DNA of 64,000 nt, from NCBI GenBank assembly GCA_043803945.1, contig JAZDJN010000087.1:1-64000 (forward strand), in the 5' to 3' direction. The notes below the pieces were generated by a model. It did not search any database. It was not told the DNA's origin and was given only the letters and a program-made list of their open reading frames with translations. Shown here piece by piece: positions 19,778 through 29,000 of the stretch (position 1 is the first letter of the stretch; each line of letters begins with the position of its first letter). The stretch is from a bacterium (GTDB lineage Bacteria; Bacteroidota; Ignavibacteria; UBA10030). A program made the position numbers and the translations under genes.

Positions 19778-22159
19778 TCACAGTACGCGGACAACGAAAA
19801 TGGTCATATCATCATGCTGCAGCGCTGAACCAGTATAGTGTGTTACTTCAGCAAGAAGCGCATCGACGATCTGCTTTGCTGTCATGGTTATATCTAAGCT
19901 CTTGACACTTGCCTCCATCTTCTCAAATCCCCAGAACTCTCCCTTCTCATTCTTCGCTTCCACGATACCGTCGGTTAGGAACACAATCACATCGCCAGAT
20001 TGTAATTTCATTGTGGTTTCTCCATACTCCACAATCTCCTGAACCCCGAGCGGCAATCGGGGCCCTTTAACCACGATTGTCACGATTTCGGTACCACGAC
20101 GGAGCAATGGATTTAACTGGCCTGCATTGGAATATGAGAGTGATTTTTCCTTGGTATCAATCACGCCAAAGGACATAGCGGTAAACATCCTGCGGTCAGT
20201 CTTGAGGTATAATGGCCGATTGATATGCATGAGAATGGTGCGCGGCGAATCCTGTCCGTTTATTTCCCGATACACCATACCGCTCGTCATCACCGCAGTG
20301 ATTGCAGCCTTCATCGCTTTTCCTGATACATCGGCTATTGCGATGCCAAATTTCGTCTTTTCGTCATTCAGCCAGAGATAATCGAAGTAATCCCCTCCTA
20401 CTTCATAGGCAGGGTGGCACACACCGGAGATATCAAAGCCAGGTACAACCGGATCGCTGGTTGGCATCAGTCCCATTTGCATGTCGTGGGCAGTTTGCAG
20501 CTCTTCCAGAATTCTCTTCTTCTCATTACGCTCCATCCGTTTTCTTTCATGGGCTATTATAACAAACGTAAAAGCAATAAATCCGAGCAATGTGCCAATG
20601 ATCGGTGGAGCAGGTTCCAGGAACACATCATATCGAGAAGCAATCCAGGAATAAGCATATCCCTGTCCCACTATAAGAACAATGACACCGATCATACTGA
20701 GCCATGGCTTGAGGAAAATAATCAGGCAGAGCGTCACTATCAGCATCGCAGCCGTAATCAACGGCATCCAGGAATCAACCGGTGTCGAGGAATGGCCCTG
20801 AAGGATTCCATGAATGATATTGCTGTAGGCAAGACGAAAATCTTCCACTTTTGTTATGTGTGCACCGGGATCAATAATGATGATCTTGCCCACCACAATT
20901 TTCCACAGACTGTCAGGCGGGTTACTGATTGTAGCAATTCCCTCGCCGCTCATTCCATACTGTACCAATCCGGTCGAATCATCGACACTGGCAAAGATCT
21001 GAACATAATCTCTTGTGTAGTAGAGATTCATCCGATCTTGAATCATAGCAGATTGATCTTGCCATAATCCTGTATGGAATTTGCCGAGGGTAAATGTGCG
21101 CCCTTGGATATTCATGGTCGTCGTTGCTATGTCCCCCCAATATTGCCGAACAGCCTCCACCGCCACATCTGGAATCATGGCGCCCGTAGCAAATTCCTTG
21201 TAAGAAAGAGGATAATATTTATACGATCTCCACAACCATAATTGTCCCGGAATCGCTGTATTGACTCCCCACTTCAATGGTAGGATGTTTTTTGCAGGAT
21301 GATCGATGGAGAAGCTGGGATACAAGCGCTTATCCGATGCAGGAATTGAGAATACAACATTGTTCAGTCGTACAATTTTTTCAAGAATACGGCTGTTCAT
21401 TTGTGAAGAAGAAATTCCTGCCGGTAAGGGAGCCACAACAACTTTTACTCCTGCCCTGCTGAGCTTACTACAGACGTCATACAATGCATTAAGATACATA
21501 CGGTGGCTTACTCCGACATTCGTGAGTTCGAGGCACCGAATTACCGAGCTTTTTTCTGTATTAAATCTTCCTGACAGAAGCATCATTTGAATCGAACGAT
21601 TCCAATTAGTATCAGAGATTTGGATCGTTATGAGAATGATCAAGAGTCCCATCAGGAGAAGCTTTATGGAGAGCCAGATATTTTGCTTCCGGTCAGATCC
21701 AACACGGTCAACGCTTATTCCCTTATACCGTGCTACCTCGATAATGAGATAAAAGCAATAGAGCATCGCACCGAGATAATAGAGCACGATCAATGATCCA
21801 AAAGCATCGGCAACATGAATCCGCAGGACAGTTGAGGGATTCTTAAAAACCATTTCAGCTAAGGGTAAGCTAAGGTTGTAATGAACAAAATATCCTACGA
21901 TGAGGGAAACGAGGAACAGACAGTACAAACTGAAAGTGATGTTTTTTTTGATCCATTGAGTGGAGTAATGTTTAAGTATTTTTCGCAATAGGAGTACTGC
22001 CGCTATTGAGAGTACCATACCGATAGTCCAGGAAAAGCCAAACAATAACCAATAATGGCCGACCTCCTTTGTTGCGTAGGGATCGGTAAATTCATTCCGC
22101 CATACCAGAAGGAGTGATATGAACAGAATAATGACGAAGGTGATTGTGATCCGTTTCAT
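19778..22159 (-). CDS. Membrane sensor PP2C/SpoIIE phosphatase; type B copy
   Basis: 5 TMs, extracytoplasmic domain, 3 TMs, PP2C motifs; RBS AAGGA. Confidence 0.9.
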   Translation of the reverse strand: MKRITITFVIILFISLLLVWRNEFTDPYATKEVGHYWLLFGFSWTIGMVLSIAAVLLLRKILKHYSTQWIKKNITFSLYCLFLVSLIVGYFVHYNLSLPLAEMVFKNPSTVLRIHVADAFGSLIVLYYLGAMLYCFYLIIEVARYKGISVDRVGSDRKQNIWLSIKLLLMGLLIILITIQISDTNWNRSIQMMLLSGRFNTEKSSVIRCLELTNVGVSHRMYLNALYDVCSKLSRAGVKVVVAPLPAGISSSQMNSRILEKIVRLNNVVFSIPASDKRLYPSFSIDHPAKNILPLKWGVNTAIPGQLWLWRSYKYYPLSYKEFATGAMIPDVAVEAVRQYWGDIATTTMNIQGRTFTLGKFHTGLWQDQSAMIQDRMNLYYTRDYVQIFASVDDSTGLVQYGMSGEGIATISNPPDSLWKIVVGKIIIIDPGAHITKVEDFRLAYSNIIHGILQGHSSTPVDSWMPLITAAMLIVTLCLIIFLKPWLSMIGVIVLIVGQGYAYSWIASRYDVFLEPAPPIIGTLLGFIAFTFVIIAHERKRMERNEKKRILEELQTAHDMQMGLMPTSDPVVPGFDISGVCHPAYEVGGDYFDYLWLNDEKTKFGIAIADVSGKAMKAAITAVMTSGMVYREINGQDSPRTILMHINRPLYLKTDRRMFTAMSFGVIDTKEKSLSYSNAGQLNPLLRRGTEIVTIVVKGPRLPLGVQEIVEYGETTMKLQSGDVIVFLTDGIVEAKNEKGEFWGFEKMEASVKSLDITMTAKQIVDALLAEVTHYTGSALQHDDMTIFVVRVL

Positions 22160-22198
22160 GGCTATTTCCTTTTAAGGTGAGACGATCTGTGTCTTGTA

Positions 22199-22255
22199 GA
22201 ATGATACAGTATTTGCGAGAGGAAGTTGTCAACGAATTGTAAACGTCCTGTCAAT
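22199..22255 (-). promoter_or_regulatory. Putative promoter with three 11-bp-phased direct repeats and a TATCAT -10 box
   Basis: + strand TGTCAAC (22227), TGTAAAC (22238), TGTCAAT (22249); same architecture as 16767..16823. Confidence 0.7.
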
Positions 22256-22546
22256 CTATGGTATTCATTGACAAGCGAGGACGGGTGTTTCTGAAAAGGA
22301 TAAGACGCGCAGCCAACTATCGGATGATAGCTTGTCGTTTGCATCTGATCACTCCGAATGAGGTTGGGCGGAGAGAATTAGTAGATCAGTGCTTATGTAA
22401 CGTAATGAGTCCTCTTCATCTTAGAGGAATATGTTGACCATTGTTCAAGAGTCTACTAGGTTCGTCATTGTCTACTTTTATATTTGCATTGTCATTTTGC
22501 ACTTTGCATTTTAACTTTTCAATTATTAGTCGTCCCTCATCCTTAC

Positions 22547-22891
22547 TTACAATAGCTTGAGTGCTGCATCTTCTCCCTGGAATATTGTCAGGAAGTCCGT
22601 CAGACCGATCATCTCGAATATTTTCTGGTAGTGGGTTGAAAGACCGACGACGCCGACTTTTTGAGAAACATCGCGGGCCTTGCTGACAATCATGATTACC
22701 AGAGCAATTCCTGCGCTGTTGATAAAACATTTCTCATTGAATCGCAGAAGAATTTTGGTGGAGCCTGCACTGGTTACTTCGTTGTATGCTTTGAGGAATA
22801 CCTCTTCGATCGTTGAGGATACTTCACCCGATAAGGTGATCACTCCGACGGTTCCAAGAAGTTCTGTCCTTACTGTTCCTGATGATTGCAT
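22547..22891 (-). CDS. STAS-domain anti-anti-sigma factor (second paralog)
   Basis: FINSAGI motif; KIFEMIGL; paralog of 7867..8211. Confidence 0.9.
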   Translation of the reverse strand: MQSSGTVRTELLGTVGVITLSGEVSSTIEEVFLKAYNEVTSAGSTKILLRFNEKCFINSAGIALVIMIVSKARDVSQKVGVVGLSTHYQKIFEMIGLTDFLTIFQGEDAALKLL

Positions 22892-22983
22892 ACCATCTGA
22901 ACCTTTCTTGGTACACCGGCTATTGAGCCCTGAATACCTTTCCGGTACTTACAATTCTGATACTTTACTTCTGAACAATATAC

Positions 22984-23424
22984 TCATCTCACAAATTTAT
23001 ATCCTGAACTATGCATCGTCAGGATATGCTGCGGTGCCGATGGATCTCTCTCGATTTTCTTGCGAAGGCGCAAGACATAGTTGTCGACAGAACGAGTTGT
23101 GGGATTATGATCGTACCCCCAAACGTCGCGCAGCAATTGATCGCGGGAAAGCACTTTCCCTTCATTGATGAGAAAATATTTCAAGAGTTTAAACTCACGA
23201 GCCCTGGCGGGTATTTTCTTTCCCTCCTTGAACAACTCCTGACGAATAAAGTCTACCTTAATGTCTCCGAATGTCACTTCATCAGATGACTGTTCATTAT
23301 TCTGTTGCTTGCCTAGTGTTGTGCGAACGAAGTATCGCAGAAGATCAATCTCGCTTTCGACAATCGTGGACTGTTTCTTCTTGGAATGAGGACGGGAAAA
23401 AGTATTTTTCGTTTTCGGAGGCAT
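22984..23424 (-). CDS. Receiver-less OmpR/PhoB-type winged-helix DNA-binding protein
   Basis: REFKLLKYF...VLSRDQLLRDVWGY...TRSVDNYVLRLRKKIE...GYKF (Trans_reg_C); a short basic N-terminus replaces the REC domain. Confidence 0.85.
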   Translation of the reverse strand: MPPKTKNTFSRPHSKKKQSTIVESEIDLLRYFVRTTLGKQQNNEQSSDEVTFGDIKVDFIRQELFKEGKKIPARAREFKLLKYFLINEGKVLSRDQLLRDVWGYDHNPTTRSVDNYVLRLRKKIERDPSAPQHILTMHSSGYKFVR

Positions 23425-23454
23425 GAATAAGTATTCAGATTCCGTAATTACTCA

Positions 23455-23562
23455 GCCACAGAGGCTCAGAGCACACAGAGAAAAGAGAATTCCTTAGTGT
23501 CAAAATGCATGAGTCAAATTGAATTTTACATTAAACCTCAGTGTTCTCGGTGTCTCGGTGGC
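23455..23562. repeat. Inverted 9-mer-period intergenic element
   Basis: GCCACAGAGGCTCAGAGCACACAGAG ... CTCAGTGTTCTCGGTGTCTCGGTGGC. Confidence 0.65.
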
Positions 23563-23840
23563 AATTTCTTGAAAACGCTTAGCAGTTACCAGACTTCTTA
23601 TAATCTGCATTTGCGCTACACAAGAGTGGACAGACAATAATAGCATCTTTCCACCATTGGTTCAAATGGTATTATCAGCCTCTTTGTTTCTGATGATTTA
23701 TGCCGAAGATGCGGCAATGAGAAGGGATTTGTTGAAATGAAGGAGGCGAATGTACTCTTCGACAGTGAATAATTCACCTATTTGTAGTACTTTATACCAT
23801 ACTATTAACCCCCACCAAACAACACATTGACTCAACAATT

Positions 23841-24635
23841 ATGAAATCCTTCAATAGAAGCTTTATCGTCATCGTGATAACAATACTCCTAAGTGTATCG
23901 ATTGCAGTCTATGCAAATGGCGAACCACAGGAGCTTCCTTCTCTCAAAGGCAAAAATATTTTAATCGTTTATGGGGGCTGGAAAGGTCACGAACCCGACC
24001 AGTGTGTGTCGATATTATTACCATGGCTCAGAGCAGAGGGTGCACTTGTTGATACTTTCAGCACGCTCACTCCTTATGCCGATAAAAAATATATGGAAGG
24101 TATCGACCTTATTATTCAAATCTTTACGATGGCAAAAATTTCAAGCGAGCAAGAAAAAGGCTTGTTAGAGGCGGTTAAAATTGGAACCGGCATTGCTGGC
24201 TGGCATGGCGGTTTAGGCGATGCTTTCAGAGAAAATACCGAATACCAATTCATGGTCGGCGGACAGTGGGTAGCACATCCCGGGGGAATAATTGATTACG
24301 ATGTTACCATCACAGACAAGAAGGATCCTGTTACGAAAGGATTGTCGAATTTTAAAATGCATAGCGAACAGTACTATATGCATGTCGACCCGAACGTTAA
24401 GGTCTTGGCAACGACAACATTCTCAGGTCAACACGCTCCCTGGATCGAGGGCACGACGATACCGGTGGTATGGAAAAAGACCTACGGTAAGGGACGTGTA
24501 TTCTATTCATCTTTAGGACATGTCGCTGCTGATTTTAAAGTGTATGAAGCATTGGAGATACTCAAGCGAGGAATTAAGTGGAGTGCCGGCAGCAAATATG
24601 AGCCGGTAGAACAGTGGGTGGCGCCAGTGTATTAA
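23841..24635 (+). CDS. ThuA-domain (class I GATase-like) protein, exported
   Basis: Signal peptide; [44 protein letters not shown]. Confidence 0.85.
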   Translation: MKSFNRSFIVIVITILLSVSIAVYANGEPQELPSLKGKNILIVYGGWKGHEPDQCVSILLPWLRAEGALVDTFSTLTPYADKKYMEGIDLIIQIFTMAKISSEQEKGLLEAVKIGTGIAGWHGGLGDAFRENTEYQFMVGGQWVAHPGGIIDYDVTITDKKDPVTKGLSNFKMHSEQYYMHVDPNVKVLATTTFSGQHAPWIEGTTIPVVWKKTYGKGRVFYSSLGHVAADFKVYEALEILKRGIKWSAGSKYEPVEQWVAPVY

Positions 24636-24708
24636 TGTTGGTTAAATGATAATCTGCTCAATAACCCAACTCTAGAATAAGCCCATTAGTCCATCGGCAG
24701 ACTATCGT

Positions 24709-25383
24709 CTAATTGACAATGATGAGTGTATTTTCTGTTTCATTAACATCATCCACAGTTTTTGGAAGCACTTTACCCAGCTTCTCTCCAGCAGAGGCAA
24801 TGGTCTCACAGAAAGCATCGGTGATGGAGCTCTTCTTCAAACAAAGGATCATTTCTTTGCACAGTTGATCGATAGCGTTTTGCCCAAGCGCTTTCAATGC
24901 AGCTTCGTCTGCCCTGATACTGACCATACGCTCATAAAGTGAGATATAGATCAAGACACCAACATGCTCTTTGGTATGATGGACTCTCCCATCGAAAAAC
25001 AGTTGTTTTGATTTTGCCGTTACCTCGGCCTCCATTTCCCTCTTCGGAGTAAAGAGGAGTCCGAGCCCGCCTATGCGCGATCCAAGGAATATTCCGAATG
25101 TATATCCACCGACGAGACCGCAGACCATCAGGAAGTAATAGAATATGGGATTGGAGGACTCCCATTGAAAAGATTCTGTACGGAAATCAAGGAAGAAATA
25201 AATGATCGTCATGAATAATATTCCTAAGAGAAGACCGATGAGATCTTCTGCACGATCATAGCGCCCTGAACTTGATGCAATAGCTGGAACAATCTCTGCC
25301 GATGTCTTCTCCTCTGCTTTCGCAACTGCTGCCTCAATCTTCCGGCAATCCTCACGGGTGAGTTTTCTTGTTGTATGGATCAT
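24709..25383 (-). CDS. TPM-domain membrane protein (start moved to MIHTT)
   Basis: IEAAVAKAEEKTSAEIVP, GVLIYISLYER, DVNE motifs; RBS AAAGGA; the longer ORF call overlaps the upstream gene. Confidence 0.8.
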   Translation of the reverse strand: MIHTTRKLTREDCRKIEAAVAKAEEKTSAEIVPAIASSSGRYDRAEDLIGLLLGILFMTIIYFFLDFRTESFQWESSNPIFYYFLMVCGLVGGYTFGIFLGSRIGGLGLLFTPKREMEAEVTAKSKQLFFDGRVHHTKEHVGVLIYISLYERMVSIRADEAALKALGQNAIDQLCKEMILCLKKSSITDAFCETIASAGEKLGKVLPKTVDDVNETENTLIIVN

Positions 25384-25402
25384 ACGCCATTCCTTTCCAG
25401 TC

Positions 25403-26314
25403 TTACCAAGATCCTGTCGAACCGCCGCTGCTTGAAGATCCTCCACCGAATGAGCTCCCACCTGAAGAACTCCGACTGCCTGATGATCCAAATAATCGAT
25501 TACTTGCGTTTGGCTCATCATCATAGTACGAACCGAATCGGGTTCTTCGGTTGTACCTGTCATAACGATCATTGTAGCCATAGGAAGGTTGACTCATCAT
25601 TTCACCGAAGGCACCGAAGATAGTCGACCACATTCTCCAGGCCAATCCTTCTTTCTGCGATTGTGCATATGAGATCAATGTGAAAAAGATCAAGCCTACC
25701 ACGAGAGCAACTCCTCCTATGACGGCATAATCTTTTAAGGTCAGTGCTGTCGGATCCTGATCCTTCGCTAATCGGCTCAGTTGTTCAACACCTTCCAATA
25801 TCCCTTTTGAATAATTACCCTCTTTAAAATTCGGTATGATCGTTTCGCTCATGACTGTCCGGCTTGCAGTCTCATGGTCGGCGCCAAAACCCGCGCCTAA
25901 TTCAATACGCGCTTTTCGGTCGCCAAGAGAAACAAGGAGAAGGATTCCTTTATTGAAACTCTTCCCTCCAATCTTTGGATGGCCGATACCCCAGGAGTTA
26001 TAAAGAGTGGTGGCAAACGTTTCGATTGACATAGGGATGGTCGTGTACATTCTCATCGCTTCAATCGTGACGGTGACAAGCGGTATACTTTGCTCATTCA
26101 GAAGCTTCTGACTTACCTCCTTCACCTCTACTCGATCTCCGAATGTGATAAGGTTTGCCTTATCGATAACAAATTCCCAGTCGTTAGGCCGCTGGAGAGT
26201 GATGGTTTGACCGGGTGATTGTTGCCACGGTGATAGAAGGTTTATTGGAAGGATAAAAAGAAAGAGAATTATTTTAATTGCTCTTGAGAACAACGGAAGT
26301 AATCGATTTCCCAT
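25403..26314 (-). CDS. TPM-domain (YgcG-like) protein with Gly/Ser-rich tail
   Basis: VIDKANLI, WGIG, GILLLVSLGDRKARIELGAG, GGSSFGGGSSSSGGSTGSW; start moved to MGNRLL. Confidence 0.85.
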   Translation of the reverse strand: MGNRLLPLFSRAIKIILFLFILPINLLSPWQQSPGQTITLQRPNDWEFVIDKANLITFGDRVEVKEVSQKLLNEQSIPLVTVTIEAMRMYTTIPMSIETFATTLYNSWGIGHPKIGGKSFNKGILLLVSLGDRKARIELGAGFGADHETASRTVMSETIIPNFKEGNYSKGILEGVEQLSRLAKDQDPTALTLKDYAVIGGVALVVGLIFFTLISYAQSQKEGLAWRMWSTIFGAFGEMMSQPSYGYNDRYDRYNRRTRFGSYYDDEPNASNRLFGSSGSRSSSGGSSFGGGSSSSGGSTGSW

Positions 26315-26881
26315 GGCCTTCTCTTTTATTCGGGCATGAAGAACATGAGGCAGGAAGGGCCTCAGACTATTCATTGATAAGGATGAAACGGAATTGCAGG
26401 AATTGTTCCCGCATGTCCCTCCGTCTTCAAGGAGCATTGAAATAAGAGGATAGACTTCAAGGATTCGCTACCGTCATCCAGTGATCAGCGTTTCTCCGAG
26501 ACGGTGTATCGGTATGTAAAACTACTATAGTTTCCTCTGGAAGTCAACGTCGCCGCCCTTATCATCATAGGCAAATGGCTTGCTGATCACACCCACACCG
26601 ATGAGTTATTAATAGAATATTTTCTTCTTAATCATTTGTGGAAAGCGGCGAACTGATTTAATAGTACTCGCTATGCTTTTCTATTCCCTGAAATTCAAAA
26701 ACTGCAAGTTAAACTTGCTTATAATATGACTCATTTGTGTCATTGTGCAGTTGGTATTGACACAGTATTTTCAGCACTGATACCGGAATGTATTTCTACG
26801 CACTGAATTGAGCCCTTTATCGGTGTTGCTTTTCTCCAGACGTTCAGAAGTTCACGGGGATACATCCCCACATTTGGCCTC

Positions 26882-27130
26882 GTGATGGACTATCTCGCTG
26901 AGTGTGGTAATGAGTTGCTGTTCGAACAAATGAAGAATGGCGTTGTGAATAACCATGGCCACGATCTGGTTCATGCGTTTTGTCAGTACACACATTGCCT
27001 CATGTCTAATTCATCTCCCGAGAGAGAGATTGAACAACTATTTGCCACAAGGCTCTGTCCGACTTGCTGCATCGACACGACCGGTGAATTTACGAACCTC
27101 ATCAAGATGATGCAACTCTATAAAGTCTGA
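26882..27130 (+). CDS. Small hypothetical Cys/His-containing protein (may be spurious or a fragment)
   Basis: Only ORF in a ~1-kb gap; no recognisable motif. Confidence 0.3.
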   Translation: MMDYLAECGNELLFEQMKNGVVNNHGHDLVHAFCQYTHCLMSNSSPEREIEQLFATRLCPTCCIDTTGEFTNLIKMMQLYKV

Positions 27131-27283
27131 CCATTATTGCAATACAGTTCCGCATAGCAGATCCCAAACAGAAACATTTTGGGATCACTATGTTTCCCCC
27201 TTCACTATTTACGATTTACTAACTCACCTTACGCAAAAAAGAAAAACTATCAATCTGGGTTCTTCATAGCAAACCCCAAACCA

Positions 27284-27484
27284 CCCCATAAGGCCGTCTA
27301 AAAACTAAAAAAGGACGCTGTCATTCCCGCATGTGCCGTTTTTCGGCATCCCGTACAACGGGACTTTAAGCGGGAATCCAGATATTTGAAAGATAAAGGC
27401 ACTGGACACCCGACCTGTCTGCCGACAGGCAGGTAAAAGCATTCGGGTGAGACATTTTTTTTCTTTTTAGACGGCCTCATGGGG
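27284..27484. mobile_element. MITE-like element with 21-bp terminal inverted repeats and nested palindromes
   Basis: CCCCATAAGGCCGTCTAAAAA / TTTTTAGACGGCCTCATGGGG (20/21 match); internal GTCATTCCCGC..GCGGGAATCCAG and CCTGTCTGCCGACAGGCAGG. Confidence 0.75.
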
Positions 27485-27639
27485 GAGGTTAAAAACAAGA
27501 TTAATCGCTCCAATCATACAGATTCTTCTTCCTGCGTAACGTGAATTACTAATTTATTCCTCTGTGTCCTGTGGTATAGTTCAAATCTTTGTAACCTGCA
27601 AAATCAATGGACTGGATAAGATTTAGAGTGGTGAGCAGG

Positions 27640-28692
27640 CTAAAAATCTGTTGAGAGTTTGAAGCGGAATATTCGATTCGCTCGAGAGTCGAGGACATAG
27701 AGTGTTTTATCAAAGAAGGCAAGTCCTGAAGGGCGCAGCATTCTGCCGGACGACCGGATAAATCCGAAGGACTCTGATCGAAATCTGCCCTTGTTGTCAA
27801 ACTTGAAGATGCTATCCTGTGCCGCATCGGCAATAAATATGTCTCCCCTCTTTCCATCGATGACAACTCCTTCAGGGCGCACATACCGATTGGGCCGAAC
27901 AAAATCAATAAAGCGCTGTTCCTGTTTTGCCGGATCATACTTGGGGAGCCATCCCTCAAATTCTGAACTCGATTGATAAATCATGTGAATGGCACCATAG
28001 GCCACACCTTCCGAACTCTGAAGGATGATGAAGTCCTTTGAATTCGGAAACCGTCCGATTCCCGTCGGCTGATTGATGTCGGTGATACCAGTGCCCGCAC
28101 GCGTAACAAGATCACCCACAGGAGTGATGAAACTATTGTCTGCTCCGAAGCGCAGCAATCGGCTGTCCGGATCGACAAAGCTGCTATTATCCGGCCCCTG
28201 CCGTAAGGCGAGAAATTGATTATCTGTGAGTGCGATAATACCGACAAATCTTCTTCTTGGACGTGCAGTCTCTTTCCAGATTGTATCCACCGGTGCTGTC
28301 GCAATTGAGTGCTGAGATTTGATCAGTTTGTAGCGAAAGATCGCAGCCACAGAATCTCCGCTCGGCTCCACACAGATCCCTGTCACTAACAGATCGAGAC
28401 GTAAATCCTGCGACAGCGAATACGGCCTCGTAACGGATCGAATCCCGAGAATCTGCCCGGCAATATCCATCTGAACAATACGATTATGCTTCGTATCAGC
28501 AACATAGAGTATCTGATCATTGCCGACGATAATGCCATGAGGCTCATTGAATCCTTCGAACGGTGGAACAATCTCAACGTAGCTCGTATCTCCTATGGTG
28601 TATGTTGTCCTTGCCTCCTCTAATGACTCCAGTGAAAACTGATCGGTGCATCCGAAAAACGCTAAGAGAAGTAGCAGTACGATCAGATGCAT
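27640..28692 (-). CDS. NHL-repeat beta-propeller lipoprotein (start moved to MHLIV)
   Basis: Lipobox-like AFFGC; NHL repeats FNEPHGI..LYVADTKHNRI, RPEGV..IFIAD, RPSGLA..LYVLDSRANRI. Confidence 0.8.
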   Translation of the reverse strand: MHLIVLLLLLAFFGCTDQFSLESLEEARTTYTIGDTSYVEIVPPFEGFNEPHGIIVGNDQILYVADTKHNRIVQMDIAGQILGIRSVTRPYSLSQDLRLDLLVTGICVEPSGDSVAAIFRYKLIKSQHSIATAPVDTIWKETARPRRRFVGIIALTDNQFLALRQGPDNSSFVDPDSRLLRFGADNSFITPVGDLVTRAGTGITDINQPTGIGRFPNSKDFIILQSSEGVAYGAIHMIYQSSSEFEGWLPKYDPAKQEQRFIDFVRPNRYVRPEGVVIDGKRGDIFIADAAQDSIFKFDNKGRFRSESFGFIRSSGRMLRPSGLAFFDKTLYVLDSRANRIFRFKLSTDF

Positions 28693-28729
28693 TCTCAGTG
28701 TGATCCCTCTCAGAATTGTGAAAATGAAT

Positions 28730-28972
28730 ACCACAGAGACACACCTGCCTGCCGGAGTGCCAATATCCTTTCTCTGAGCGGCAGCGTATGCCGGCACGCA
28801 GGCAGGGAGATCACTGAGTTTATAAGTGATAATGCGTGTCAAATTTAGGTTTCTTCGATTACCAGTTAGCATCTTGGTTTGTATTTACTTCGCATGTTCA
28901 ATAGCCAATGAGTACCTATTTTTCTATTTCAAATATAATATCATTTCTTTGTGTACTCTGAGCTCTCCGTGG
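28730..28972. repeat. 9-mer-period inverted element with a nested CCTGCCTGCC..GCAGGCAGG palindrome
   Basis: ACCACAGAGACACA[CCTGCCTGCCGG...GCAGGCAGG]GAGATCACTGAG ... CTTTGTGTACTCTGAGCTCTCCGTGG. Confidence 0.65.
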
Positions 28973-29000
28973 CAATTCATTATTGAGTAGACGCCTCATT

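Noticed and set aside
22162-22344. 60-aa ORF upstream of the first phosphatase
   Set aside because: No RBS or motif, and it overlaps the conserved promoter/operator, which explains the region better
27291-27302. Neisseria-type DNA uptake sequence (AGGCCGTCTGAA-like)
   Set aside because: Imperfect, and occurs only as the TIR pair of one element rather than scattered through the window
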